Made by a program: the position numbers and the translations under genes. Of a stretch of 64,000 nt of DNA, positions 1 through 9,701 are shown piece by piece. This stretch comes from an uncultured Candidatus Rokubacteria bacterium (GTDB lineage: Bacteria; Methylomirabilota; Methylomirabilia; Rokubacteriales; DASRDR01): positions 1,280,001 through 1,344,000 of the forward strand of contig CAWGVS010000005.1 of assembly GCA_963826115.1 (NCBI GenBank), written 5' to 3'. Positions within the stretch are counted from its first letter, which is position 1, and every line of letters begins with the position of its first letter. The notes under the pieces are model-generated. The model searched no databases, had not been told where the DNA came from, and saw nothing but the letters and a program-made list of their open reading frames with translations.

Positions 1-2
1 CC

Positions 3-329
3 GTGCGCGGCGCGCGCGTGGTCTTCCACCCGCAGCTCACCGGCAGCGACCGCACCGGGGCGACGCTCGAGCGCTGGGGCGACCCGGCGGCGCCCTACTA
101 CGAGAAGGCCATGATCGCGCGGAGCGTCGAGAACACCGTCTATTTCGCCAGCGTCAACTGCGCGATGCGCTACCAGGACTCCGCGACCAGCCTCCTCGGC
201 CCGGACGGGGACTGCGTCGCGCACGTGCCGTACGGCAAGGAGCAGCTCCTGGTGCACGACGTCGACCTCGCGCGGGCGACCGGCCTCTGCGCCCGCCGGT
301 ACAACCCTGCCTTCTACCCGACGGCATGA
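3..329 (+). CDS. Carbon-nitrogen hydrolase (nitrilase superfamily), C-terminal part; 5' end lies outside the window
   Basis: ARSVENTVYFASVN and S.LLGPDG motifs typical of the CN-hydrolase C-terminus. Confidence 0.75.
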   Translation: MRGARVVFHPQLTGSDRTGATLERWGDPAAPYYEKAMIARSVENTVYFASVNCAMRYQDSATSLLGPDGDCVAHVPYGKEQLLVHDVDLARATGLCARRYNPAFYPTA

Positions 330-381
330 GCCCGCAGGTCGAAGGCCGTCCGATCAACTACCGCGGAGCGGGGGGTAGCCA

Positions 382-843
382 GTGAGCGTGGTCATCGCCC
401 AGGTGCGCCCGGACACGCCGGACGCGGTCGCGCTGATCGAGGAGCTGGACGCGCACCTCGGCGCGCTCTACGCCGTCGAGAGTCGCCACGGCTTCAGCGT
501 GGAGAAGCTCGTGCAGGACGGGGTCCGGTTCTTCGTCACGCGCGACGACGGGCGCCCGGCCGGCTGCGGCGGCGTGCTCCTGGTCGAGCGCGAGTACGCC
601 GAGGTCAAGCGCATGTACGTCCGGCCGGCGTTCCGCGGCCGCGGGTTCGGCCGGCTGATGCTGGACCACCTCGTCGAGGACGCCCGGCGACACGGGCTGA
701 CGGTGGTGCGACTCGAGACGGGCATCCACCAGCGCGAGGCGATCGCGCTCTACGAGCAGGCCGGCTTCCGCCAGATCCCGCCGTTCGGGCCCTACCGGGA
801 AGACCCGGTGAGCCTCTGTTACGAGAAGCGACTCCCGTCGTAG
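382..843 (+). CDS. GNAT family N-acetyltransferase
   Basis: EVKRMYVRPAFRGRGFG acetyl-CoA motif A; LETGIHQREAIALYEQAGF. Confidence 0.9.
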   Translation: MSVVIAQVRPDTPDAVALIEELDAHLGALYAVESRHGFSVEKLVQDGVRFFVTRDDGRPAGCGGVLLVEREYAEVKRMYVRPAFRGRGFGRLMLDHLVEDARRHGLTVVRLETGIHQREAIALYEQAGFRQIPPFGPYREDPVSLCYEKRLPS

Positions 844-888
844 GACGAGCCTCTCCACTCTCCCGCCGATAACCGGCCGAGGACCCGC

Positions 889-2109
889 ATGCGCATCACG
901 AGCGTCGAGACCATCCGCATCGGCGAGTTCCCGAACATCCTGTTCGTCCGGGTCCACACGGACGCGGGGCTCGCCGGGCTCGGCGAGACCTTCTTCGGCG
1001 CCGCGGAGGTCGAGGCCTATCTCCACGGCACCGCCGCCGGCCGGCTCCTCGGCCAGGATCCGTCGCGGATCGACGCGCTCCGTCTCCTGCTCCAGAACTA
1101 CGTCGGCACCCGCTCGACGGGCGTGGAAGCTCGCGGGAACTCCGCCGTCGACATCGCGCTCTGGGACCTCGTCGGCCAGGCCACGGGCCGCCGCGTGGTC
1201 GATCTCCTCGGCGGCGAGACCCGCCAGTCCATCCGCGCGTACAACACGTGCGCCGGCTACCAATACGTGCGGGCGACGCGCGGCCAGGCGTGGGCGAACT
1301 GGGGCCTCCCGGGCGACGGCGACACGGGCGGGCCCTACGAGGACCTCGACGCCTTCCTCCACGGGCGCGCGGGCGAGCTCGCGCAGAGTCTCCTCGCCCA
1401 GGGCGTCACCGGCATGAAGATGTGGCCCTTCGACGAGGCGGCGTACCGGCACGGCGGCCTCCACATCACGGCCGAGGAGCTCGACCGGGCGCTCGAGCCG
1501 TTCCGCCAGGCGCGGCGAGCCGTCGGCGACCGGATGGACCTGATGGTCGAGCTCCACGGGCTCTGGATCCTGCCGGTCGCCCTCCGGATCGCGCACGCCT
1601 TCGAGGCCGAGGGGCTGCGCCCCTACTGGATCGAGGACCCGATCCGCCCCGACGACATCGCGAGCCTGGCGGCGTTCGCCCGCGGGACGCGGATCCCCAC
1701 GACCGCCAGCGAGATGCTCGGGGGGCGCCAGGCGTTCCGCGAGCTTCTCGAGGCGCGGGCGGCGAGCATCGTCATGCTCGACCTCGGCTGGTGCGGCGGC
1801 CTCACCGAGGGCAAGGCGATCGCGGGCATGGCCGAGGCCTTCGGCCTCCCGGTCGCGCCCCACGACTGCACCGGCCCCGTGGTCTGGACGGCCAGCTGCC
1901 ACCTCTCCCTCAACGCCCCGAACGCCCTGATCCAGGAGACCGTGCGCGCCTTCTACACCGGTTGGTACCGGGAGCTCGTGACGACGCTGCCCCGCGTCGA
2001 GAACGGGCAGGTCAGCCTCGGCAGCGACGCGCCCGGCCTCGGGATCGCGCTCCTGCCCGGGCTCACCGAGCGGCCCGACGCCGTCGTCCGCCGCACGGAC
2101 GCCGCCTGA
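889..2109 (+). CDS. Mandelate racemase/muconate lactonizing enzyme family (enolase superfamily) protein
   Basis: VRVHTDAGLAGLGE, SAVDIALWDL, KMWPF, WIEDP, APHDC; GAGGA RBS. Confidence 0.9.
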   Translation: MRITSVETIRIGEFPNILFVRVHTDAGLAGLGETFFGAAEVEAYLHGTAAGRLLGQDPSRIDALRLLLQNYVGTRSTGVEARGNSAVDIALWDLVGQATGRRVVDLLGGETRQSIRAYNTCAGYQYVRATRGQAWANWGLPGDGDTGGPYEDLDAFLHGRAGELAQSLLAQGVTGMKMWPFDEAAYRHGGLHITAEELDRALEPFRQARRAVGDRMDLMVELHGLWILPVALRIAHAFEAEGLRPYWIEDPIRPDDIASLAAFARGTRIPTTASEMLGGRQAFRELLEARAASIVMLDLGWCGGLTEGKAIAGMAEAFGLPVAPHDCTGPVVWTASCHLSLNAPNALIQETVRAFYTGWYRELVTTLPRVENGQVSLGSDAPGLGIALLPGLTERPDAVVRRTDAA

Positions 2110-2134
2110 CCCCGGCGTCCCGATCCGAGGAACC

Positions 2135-3031
2135 ATGCGGTCCACGCGCGTCGCGGCGGTGAGCATGAACGGCCGCCTGGGCGAGCCGGCGGCCGTCCTC
2201 GACGAGATCGCCGGGTGGTGCGGGCGCGCGGCGGCCGAGCGGGCCGAGCTGGTGCTCTTCCCCGAGCTGGTCGTCCACGGCCACTGCACCCCGAACACGG
2301 CGGCGCTCGCCGAGGCCGTCCCGGACGGCCCGAGCGTGGCGCGCCTCACCCGCCTCGCCCGCGAGCACGGCCTGGTCCTCTCCGCCGGACTCAGCGAGCG
2401 GGAGGGCGACGCCGTCTACAACACGCAGGTGCTGGTCGGGCCCGGCGGCTACATCGGCAAGCAGCGGAAGCTCCATCTCTCGCGCGACGAGGTCCTCTTC
2501 TACACGGGTGGGCGAGACCTCCGTGTCTTCGACGTGGGGCCGTGCCGGGTCGGCATCGCCATCTGCTACGACAACGAGTTCCCCGAGCTCCCGCGGATCC
2601 TCGCCCTCCTCGGGGCCGAGGTCCTGCTCATGCCGCACGCCTCGCGCGACCAGCAGTGGGAAGACACGCCGGAGAGCGAGGCCGCCGCCCGCCGGTTCAT
2701 GCGCGAGTACTACCTGCCCTACCGGATGCGAACCAAGGAGAACGCCGTCTTCGGCGTCCTGACGGACCAGGCCGGCCGCGCGGGATTTGTCGCCCGCTAT
2801 CCGCGGGACCACGAGAACCAGCCGCACCACCCGGGCGCGGCGATGATCTTCGGTCCCGACGGCAGCCTGGTGGCGGCCTCCCAGGTCGAGCGCATCCGGG
2901 ACGAGATGGTTGTCGCCACGCTGGACACGGCCCTCCTCGAGAAGGAGCGCGCGCACGCCAACTACCAGCTGCGCACCCGCCGGCCCGAGCTCTACGGCGA
3001 GCTCCTGCGCGACCGGCCAGCGTCGCCGTGA
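2135..3031 (+). CDS. Carbon-nitrogen hydrolase (nitrilase superfamily)
   Basis: Glu-Lys-Cys triad motifs FPEL, RKLHL, ICYDNEFPE; C-terminal RRPELY. Confidence 0.9.
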   Translation: MRSTRVAAVSMNGRLGEPAAVLDEIAGWCGRAAAERAELVLFPELVVHGHCTPNTAALAEAVPDGPSVARLTRLAREHGLVLSAGLSEREGDAVYNTQVLVGPGGYIGKQRKLHLSRDEVLFYTGGRDLRVFDVGPCRVGIAICYDNEFPELPRILALLGAEVLLMPHASRDQQWEDTPESEAAARRFMREYYLPYRMRTKENAVFGVLTDQAGRAGFVARYPRDHENQPHHPGAAMIFGPDGSLVAASQVERIRDEMVVATLDTALLEKERAHANYQLRTRRPELYGELLRDRPASP

Positions 3032-3044
3032 CGCAATGCTTCGC

Positions 3045-3053
3045 TGGTATCAT
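3045..3053 (+). promoter_or_regulatory. Putative extended -10 element (TGGTATCAT) 8 nt before the ATG at 3062; likely leaderless start
   Basis: AT-rich hexamer TATCAT with TGn in otherwise GC-rich DNA; no Shine-Dalgarno before the ATG. Confidence 0.4.
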
Positions 3054-3061
3054 CTAGCGTC

Positions 3062-4036
3062 ATGAAGGCCATGGTCGCCCGCCGGTGGTGCGAGCCGTCG
3101 GAGCTCGAGTACGCGGACGTGCCCGATCCCCAGCCGGGACCGGGTCAGGTCCTCATCGAGACGCGCGCGATCGGGTGCAACTTCCCCGACATCCTGATGA
3201 TCCAGGGGAAGTACCAGGTGAAGCCCCCGCATCCCTTCAGCCCCGGTCACGAGGTCGCCGGCGTCGTGCGCGCGGTCGGCCCCGACGTGACGCGCGTCCG
3301 CCCCGGCCAGCGCGTTCTCGCGAGCCTCGAATGGGGCGGATACGCGGAGCTCGCCCTCGCCTCGGCCGCGCGCGTCCACGCCATACCCGACGCCATGCCG
3401 TTCGACCACGCGGCCGCCTTCTACGTCGTCTATCAGACGAGCTACTCCGCCCTCGTCCGGCGCGCGGCCCTCCAGCCGAACGAATGGCTCCTCGTCCACG
3501 GCGCCGCGGGCGGCGTCGGGCTCTCCGCGGTCCAGATCGGCAAGGCGCTGGGCGCCCGCGTCATCGCGACCGCCGGCACCCCCGAGAAGCTCGAGATCGC
3601 CCGGCAGTCCGGCGCGGACGTCCTCATCGACTACGCGAAGGAGGACTGGGTCGAGCGGGTGAAGGCCGTGACGGGCGGCGAGGGCGCCGACGTGATCTAC
3701 GACCCGGTCGGCGGCGACGTCTTCGACAACTCGACCAAGTGCATCGCCTTCGAGGGCCGGATCCTCACGATCGGCTTCGCCGGCGGGCGCATCCCGACCC
3801 TCGCCATCAACCGGGTCCTCCTCAAGAACTTCAGCGTGGTCGGCCTCCACTGGGGGTACTACCAGCGACGCGGGTCCCCGCTCGTGAAGGAGTGGATGGA
3901 CGCGCTCTTCACGCTCTATGCGGAGGGCCGGGTCCGCCCCGTGATCTACCGGAGCTATCCCATGCGCGAGGCGGCCGCGGCGCTCGGCGCGCTCTCGTCC
4001 CGCGAGGCTTACGGAAAGGTGGTCCTCGTGCCATGA
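3062..4036 (+). CDS. NADPH:quinone oxidoreductase family (MDR superfamily)
   Basis: NFPDIL..QGKYQ.KP..PF.PG.E.AG; HGAAGGVG nucleotide-binding motif; GKVVL C-terminus. Confidence 0.92.
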   Translation: MKAMVARRWCEPSELEYADVPDPQPGPGQVLIETRAIGCNFPDILMIQGKYQVKPPHPFSPGHEVAGVVRAVGPDVTRVRPGQRVLASLEWGGYAELALASAARVHAIPDAMPFDHAAAFYVVYQTSYSALVRRAALQPNEWLLVHGAAGGVGLSAVQIGKALGARVIATAGTPEKLEIARQSGADVLIDYAKEDWVERVKAVTGGEGADVIYDPVGGDVFDNSTKCIAFEGRILTIGFAGGRIPTLAINRVLLKNFSVVGLHWGYYQRRGSPLVKEWMDALFTLYAEGRVRPVIYRSYPMREAAAALGALSSREAYGKVVLVP

Positions 4037-4812
4037 CCTCCCACGGCCAGCCGCCGCGATTCCTGACCGCGCACGAGCTCGCCGACTACCGCCGAGACGG
4101 CTACCTCGTGTGCCGCGGGCTCTTCGGCCCCGACGAGGTCGCCACGCTCCGCCACGCGACCGACGAGGTCCAGGCCTGGCCCGAGCAGCCCGGCACCTGG
4201 ATGGTCTACGGCGAGACGAGCCTCCGGGATCCCGGACAGCGCCTCATCAACCGCATCGAGAACTTCTACCCCTACCACTCGGGGTTCAAGGCGCTCTTCG
4301 ATGGCGACAAGCTCCTCGGGCGCGTGAACGATCTCCTCGGCGAGCCGGCCATCCTCTTCAAGGACAAGATCAACTTCAAGCTGGCCGGCGGCGACGGATT
4401 CAAGCCTCACCAGGACCAGCAGGCGGGCTGGAGCGTCTACGCGCCGCTCTTCGTCACCGCGCTCGTCGCGATCGACGACGCGACGGAGGCGAACGGCTGT
4501 CTCGAGCTGGCGGCCGGCCATCACACCCGGGGCCTGATCGGCCGCGAGTGGGCGCCCCTGACGGACGAGGACATGCGAGGCGTCGAGTTCACGCCCTGCC
4601 CGACGGCGCCGGGTGACACCGTCTTCTTCGACTCCTATGTCCCCCACCGCTCGGGGCCGAACCTCTCGGGCGAGCCGCGGCGCGTGCTCTACGTCACCTA
4701 CAACCGGCTGGCCGACGGCGACCACCGGGCGCAGTACTACGCGGACAAGCGGAAGGCCTATCCGCCCGACGTCGAGCGGGAGCCGGGCCGGCAGTACGTG
4801 TACCGGGTCTGA
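4033..4812 (+). CDS. Phytanoyl-CoA dioxygenase family Fe(II)/2-oxoglutarate oxygenase (PhnY-like)
   Basis: ATGA overlap with the upstream gene; FKDKINFK..GG.GF.PHQD (HxD), ANGCL, PGD.VFFDS..PHRSGPN..RR. Confidence 0.85.
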   Translation: MTSHGQPPRFLTAHELADYRRDGYLVCRGLFGPDEVATLRHATDEVQAWPEQPGTWMVYGETSLRDPGQRLINRIENFYPYHSGFKALFDGDKLLGRVNDLLGEPAILFKDKINFKLAGGDGFKPHQDQQAGWSVYAPLFVTALVAIDDATEANGCLELAAGHHTRGLIGREWAPLTDEDMRGVEFTPCPTAPGDTVFFDSYVPHRSGPNLSGEPRRVLYVTYNRLADGDHRAQYYADKRKAYPPDVEREPGRQYVYRV

Positions 4813-4815
4813 CCC

Positions 4816-6033
4816 GTGAAGATCACGGGGATCGAGACCTTCGTCGTCGACGCAGGGTGGCGTCCCTGGCAGTTCGTCGCGGTCCGCACCGACGCCGGCC
4901 TCACCGGCTACGGCGAGTGCTCGGACGGACGCAATCCCTACGGCATCGTGGGCGCGGTCCGGGACTTCGAGCCGGTCCTCCTCGGCCAGGACCCTCGCCC
5001 CGTCGAGCGGATCTACTGGGACCTCTACCGCGTGGCCCGCCAGAGCCCTGGCGGCATCGCCGCGAAGGCGATCGCGGGGATCGAGCTCGCCCTCTGGGAC
5101 GTGAAGGCCAAGGCGCTCGGCGTCCCGGTCTACGAGCTCCTGGGCGGGCCGCTCCGGCTCCGCCAGCGCGTGTACTGGTCGCACTGCGGCACCTCGCGCG
5201 CGATGAACTCGGCCCTCATCGGCGTGGCCCCGCTGTCGACCATGGACGACGTGTACCGGCTCGGCGAGGAGGTCGTCCGGCGCGGCTACCGCGCGCTCAA
5301 GACGAACATCGTCTACCCCGGAAGCCCGGCGCGCGTCCACTTCCCGGGCTTCGGCGGCGGCCCGGGGACCACCGACCAGACCGTGACGTCCGAGATGATC
5401 CGCCACATCGAGTCGCTCCTCGGCACCTTCCGGCGGGCGGTCGGCCCCGACGTCGGCATCGCGCTCGATCTCAACTTCAACATGAAGCCCGAGGCGGCCA
5501 TCCGCATCTGCCGGGCCCTCGCGGGGCTCGACCTCATGTGGGTGGAGATCGACATGTACGACGCCGCGGCGCTTCGCGAGGTCAAGGACGAGGCGCCGAT
5601 GCCGATCTGCTCGGGCGAGAACCTGTACGGCCTCCGGGGCTACCGGCCGTTCTTCGAGGCCCGGGCGATGGACGTGGTGATGGTCGACGTGCCCTGGAAC
5701 GGCTTTGCCCAGTCGAAGAAGGTCGCCGAGCTCGCCGAGACCTACGAGCTGAACGTGGCCCCCCACAACTACTACAGTCACCTCTCCACGCTCCACTCGC
5801 TCCACCTCTGCGCCACGGTCCCCAACGTCCGGATCATGGAGATCGACGTGGACGACGTGCCGTGGAAGGACGAGCTGGTGGACGCGCCGCCCGTGATCGA
5901 GGGGGGCGAGGTGCTCCTGCCCACGCGGCCCGGCTGGGGAGCCGACCTCGTCGAGGCGGTCGCGCGGAAGCACGTCTGGGAGCCCGGACGCCTGCCCGGC
6001 TACTCGGCCGGTACCCAGATGTACGCGCGGTAG
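4816..6033 (+). CDS. Mandelate racemase/MLE family enolase (acid-sugar dehydratase-like)
   Basis: TDAGLTGYGE, IELALWDVKAK, YELLGG, DLNFN, WVEID, SGE, APHN. Confidence 0.9.
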   Translation: MKITGIETFVVDAGWRPWQFVAVRTDAGLTGYGECSDGRNPYGIVGAVRDFEPVLLGQDPRPVERIYWDLYRVARQSPGGIAAKAIAGIELALWDVKAKALGVPVYELLGGPLRLRQRVYWSHCGTSRAMNSALIGVAPLSTMDDVYRLGEEVVRRGYRALKTNIVYPGSPARVHFPGFGGGPGTTDQTVTSEMIRHIESLLGTFRRAVGPDVGIALDLNFNMKPEAAIRICRALAGLDLMWVEIDMYDAAALREVKDEAPMPICSGENLYGLRGYRPFFEARAMDVVMVDVPWNGFAQSKKVAELAETYELNVAPHNYYSHLSTLHSLHLCATVPNVRIMEIDVDDVPWKDELVDAPPVIEGGEVLLPTRPGWGADLVEAVARKHVWEPGRLPGYSAGTQMYAR

Positions 6034-6108
6034 CGTGCCGCTGGCCCCGGGCCATCCCGGGCTGCGGGGGCCGATGTCGGTCGCACCGAGCCCGTCGAGG
6101 CGCCGAGC

Positions 6109-7425
6109 ATGACACCGTCGCCCGGCGTTCGCCCGGTGCTCGCTCGCGCCCACCGGGCGCCCCTCCTGATTCCCCTGGTGACGGCCGGACTGGTGATCGC
6201 GGCCCTCTGGTACGTCACCAGCGCGCTAAGCCCGCTGCCGCCGCGCACGGTGACCATGGCCACGGGCCCCGACGGCGGCGCCTACCAGGAGGTCGGCAAG
6301 CGCTACCAGGAGATCCTCGCGCGTCACGGGATCACGCTGACCCTCGTCCGGACGGCCGGGGCCCTGGAGAACCTGGCGCTCCTGCGCGACCCGAACTCTG
6401 GCGTCGGCATCGGGCTGCTCCAGGGCGGTATCACCAACGCGAAGGAGTCGCCCGAGCTGGAGGCGCTCGGCACGGTGTTCTTCGAGCCGCTCTGGTTCTT
6501 CCATCGCGGCGGCGTGGAGGGAGCCAGCTTCGAGGCGCTGCGGGGCCGGAAGGTCTCGATCGGACCCGAGGGGAGCGGCACCCGGGCGCTCGTCCTCCTG
6601 CTGCTGGCCCGCCAGCGGATGAACCAGAGCTTCGCCCAGCTGATGGGGCTCAGCCATCAGGATGCCGCCGAAGCGCTGGCCCGCGGTGAGATCGACGCCG
6701 CCCTCATGCTGGCGGCGTGGGACTCCCCGGCGGTGCGGCGCCTGCTCACCGAGGACGGCGTCAGCCTCGTGAGCTTCCCCCGCGCCGATGCCTACGTGGC
6801 GCTGTTCCCCTTCCTGAGCAAGGTCACGCTGCCGGCCGGCGCGGGCGACCTTGCGAAGAACCGCCCGCCGACGAACGTGACCCTGTTCGCGCCGAAGGCG
6901 AGCCTGGTGGTGCGGCGGAGCCTGCACCCCGCGATCCAGTCCTTGCTCCTGGACGCCGCCGAGCAGGTTCACGGGGGCCCCGAGATCTTCCACCAGCCGA
7001 GGCAGTTCCCGGCGGCGGAAGCCGTCGACCTCCCGCTCAGCGACGAGGCGCGCCAGTACTACCGCTCGGGGCGGCCATTCCTCCAGCGCCACCTGCCCTT
7101 CTGGCTCGCGGTGGCGCTCGGCCGCCTCCTCGTCGTCCTCATCCCCCTCGCGGGCGTGCTGTATCCCGTGTTCTGGCTCATGCCCGCGCTGTACGCCTGG
7201 AACGTGCGGAGGCGGATCGTCCGGATGTACCGCGACCTGAAGGATCTCGAGAAGGATGCGCCCTCGCGCGAGATGCTGAGCGAGGGGCTCGACCGGCTGG
7301 AGGACAAGGCGCGCCAGCTGCACGTGCCGACGTCCTACAGCGACTCGCTCTACACGCTCCGCCAGCACATCGCGCTCGTCCGGGAGCGCCTCCGGCAGCC
7401 CGACCGGCCGGCCGATACCGAGTAG
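6109..7425 (+). CDS. TAXI family TRAP-type solute-binding protein with C-terminal membrane segment
   Basis: MATGPDGGAY, TAGALENL, SIGPEGSGT, FLQRHLPFWLA followed by a hydrophobic helix. Confidence 0.85.
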   Translation: MTPSPGVRPVLARAHRAPLLIPLVTAGLVIAALWYVTSALSPLPPRTVTMATGPDGGAYQEVGKRYQEILARHGITLTLVRTAGALENLALLRDPNSGVGIGLLQGGITNAKESPELEALGTVFFEPLWFFHRGGVEGASFEALRGRKVSIGPEGSGTRALVLLLLARQRMNQSFAQLMGLSHQDAAEALARGEIDAALMLAAWDSPAVRRLLTEDGVSLVSFPRADAYVALFPFLSKVTLPAGAGDLAKNRPPTNVTLFAPKASLVVRRSLHPAIQSLLLDAAEQVHGGPEIFHQPRQFPAAEAVDLPLSDEARQYYRSGRPFLQRHLPFWLAVALGRLLVVLIPLAGVLYPVFWLMPALYAWNVRRRIVRMYRDLKDLEKDAPSREMLSEGLDRLEDKARQLHVPTSYSDSLYTLRQHIALVRERLRQPDRPADTE

Positions 7426-7463
7426 GCGGCGCCGCGCCGAGGCACCGCCCGCCGGGCGCGGCC

Positions 7464-8144
7464 CTACGTCAGGTCGAGGTCGGCGACGAGCGCGCTGTGG
7501 TCGCTCCCGCGCAGGGGGAGCACGCGCGACTCGATCGGCACCAGCCCTCTCACCAGCACGTGGTCGATGCGAAGAAGTCGGACCGAGCCCGCCCAGGGCC
7601 CCCACGTCCGGCCGGGCCGCCGCCCGATCCGCCTCGCCGCCTCGGCGGCCGCATCGTCGAACCGGGCCCGGAGACGGCGGTAGGCCGGCCAGAGAGGCGT
7701 GGAGTTCAGGTCGCCGGCCAGGACGCGGCGCCGCCGGGGTGTGGCGTCCAGGTAGGCGAGGATCTGGCGCAGCTGCCCGCGCCGGTCCACGACTCGCTGG
7801 GTCACGGGGGGGACGTGCGGCGCGGCGAGGTGGACATTCAGGACCTCGATGCCCTCGTCGTCGGGGCCGGTCAGCTCGGCGACGAACGCCGAGCGATAGG
7901 GCAACCGGAGCGCCCGGACGCTACCCGGCGCGCGGAGCGCGATCCCCATCCCGTGGTGGTCCGTACCCGGCTCGAGCTTGCCGAACGGCAGGATGCGGGC
8001 GAGCGCCTCGGCCTGCACGGGGACGAGCTCCTGCACGGTGACCACGTCCGGCTCGACCCGTTCCACCAGGTCGGCGAACGCCTGGGCGTCCGCCCGACCG
8101 TTCGCGAGGTTCGCCGAGAGGATCCGGAGGCCGGGACGGATCAC
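7464..8144 (-). CDS. Endonuclease/exonuclease/phosphatase family protein
   Basis: GTG start overlapping the amidase stop (GTGA); LSAN, VTVQE, NVHL, AGDLNS, RIDHVL, GSDH motifs. Confidence 0.85.
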   Translation of the reverse strand: MIRPGLRILSANLANGRADAQAFADLVERVEPDVVTVQELVPVQAEALARILPFGKLEPGTDHHGMGIALRAPGSVRALRLPYRSAFVAELTGPDDEGIEVLNVHLAAPHVPPVTQRVVDRRGQLRQILAYLDATPRRRRVLAGDLNSTPLWPAYRRLRARFDDAAAEAARRIGRRPGRTWGPWAGSVRLLRIDHVLVRGLVPIESRVLPLRGSDHSALVADLDLT

Positions 8145-9574
8145 GCCGGCTCCGCGACGACGGGCGGGATGTGGCCGGCCCACGGCGCCGCTGCCTCGAA
8201 CGCCGCCGCGGCGGCGAGAACCGCCGCCTCCTGACGACGCCGCCCGACGATCTGGATCCCCACCGGGAGGCCGTCGCGCGTGAACCCCGCCGGCACGGAG
8301 ATCACGGGCAGGCCGGTCACCGAGATCGCGTAGGTGAGGAAGAACCACTGCGTGTAGTTCTCGACCGGCTTCCCGTCGAGCTCCGTCGGATAGGGCTGCT
8401 CCACCGGGAACGGTCGCACCGCCACGGTGGGCGCGATCAGGAGATCGTACCGGTCCAGGAACCGCCGCACCCGCTCCCACAAGGCGCTCCGGAGCTTCTC
8501 GGCGCGTCCGATGTCCCGTGCCGTCAGCCGGAGGCCCTGCTCGACGTTCCACACGAGACCGGCCTGCATCACGTCCCGCCACCGCGCGAGACGGTCGCCG
8601 TGGAGGGCTGCCATCGAAAGCCCTCGCGTACCCAGCACGATCTCGTTCAGCTCCGCGAAGGAGGGCGATGCCGTCTCGACCCGGGCTCCGAGCGACCGGA
8701 ACACCCGCGTGGCGCCCGCGGCGACGCGGGCGACCTCGGCTTCCACCGGCAGAAGCCCGCCCAGGTCGGGCGTCCAGGCCACCCGCCACCCCCGGATCGA
8801 TGGCCGGCGAACCGCCGCCGTGAAGGCGCGGGTGTCGACGTCGTAGGAGAGCGGCGCCCGGTCGTCGGGGCCGGCCATGACCGAGAGCATCAGGGCGACG
8901 TCGCCGACGGTGCGCGCCATCGGCCCCGAGACCGACAGCGAGTCCCAGGCCATCTCGCGCGGGTACACCGGAACGAGCCCGGGCGTGGTGCGGAACCCCA
9001 CGACGCCGCAGAATGCCGCCGGCGTGCGGAGCGAGCCGCCGAGGTCCGAGCCCTGAGCGAGCGGGCCCATGCCGGTGGCGAGCGCGACGGCCGCTCCGCC
9101 GCTCGACCCCCCGCACGTGAGCGCGAGGTTCCACGGGTTGCGCGTCGCCCCGAACACCGCGTTGAACGTGTTACCGCCCGCGCCGAACTCCGGGGTGTTG
9201 GTCTTCCCCACGACGATCGCGCCGGCCGCCCGGAGGCGGGCGACCGTGAGCGCGTCCTCGGTCGGCACGTGGTGCTCGTAGATCTTCGACCCCCACGTGG
9301 TGCGGATGCCCTTCGTGGCGGTCAGGTCCTTGATCGACACGGGCACGCCGTGGAGCGGCGGGAGCGTCGCCCGGCGGCGGAGGGCCGCCGTGGCCCTTCG
9401 CGCCTCCCGGAGAGCCGACTCGCGGCTCACGGTGACGTAGGCGTTGACGCTCGGGTTCACGGCGTCGATCCGGGCCAGCACCGCCTGCATCACCTCGAGC
9501 GGCGACACCTTCCGCACCCGGTAGAGGCGCGCGAGCTCGGTCGCGGGCGTGAAGCAGAGATCTCGCTCGGTCAC
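8141..9574 (-). CDS. Amidase signature family protein
   Basis: HGVPVSIKD, GKTNTPEF, GGSSGGAA, GSDLGGSLRTPA (Ser-cisSer-Lys triad); start moved to GTG 9574 (TERDLCF). Confidence 0.93.
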   Translation of the reverse strand: MTERDLCFTPATELARLYRVRKVSPLEVMQAVLARIDAVNPSVNAYVTVSRESALREARRATAALRRRATLPPLHGVPVSIKDLTATKGIRTTWGSKIYEHHVPTEDALTVARLRAAGAIVVGKTNTPEFGAGGNTFNAVFGATRNPWNLALTCGGSSGGAAVALATGMGPLAQGSDLGGSLRTPAAFCGVVGFRTTPGLVPVYPREMAWDSLSVSGPMARTVGDVALMLSVMAGPDDRAPLSYDVDTRAFTAAVRRPSIRGWRVAWTPDLGGLLPVEAEVARVAAGATRVFRSLGARVETASPSFAELNEIVLGTRGLSMAALHGDRLARWRDVMQAGLVWNVEQGLRLTARDIGRAEKLRSALWERVRRFLDRYDLLIAPTVAVRPFPVEQPYPTELDGKPVENYTQWFFLTYAISVTGLPVISVPAGFTRDGLPVGIQIVGRRRQEAAVLAAAAAFEAAAPWAGHIPPVVAEPA

Positions 9575-9701
9575 GGATCGACCCTCCCCCTGGCCCTTAC
9601 CCACGGCTCGGGCACAAGCATGGATTGTATCAGGCGCCGCTCGCCCGAGGCCCTTGCGCGCTCTCCAGCGCACCGTGACAATGGTTGCCGGGGGGACCTA
9701 C

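Noticed and set aside
3085-4032. Long N-terminal extensions given by the ORF track (also 33942-36062, 38396-41137, 30143-32344, 55002-56297, 7464-9134)
   Set aside because: The extensions overlap upstream genes; internal starts with an RBS, a promoter motif or stop/start coupling fit better
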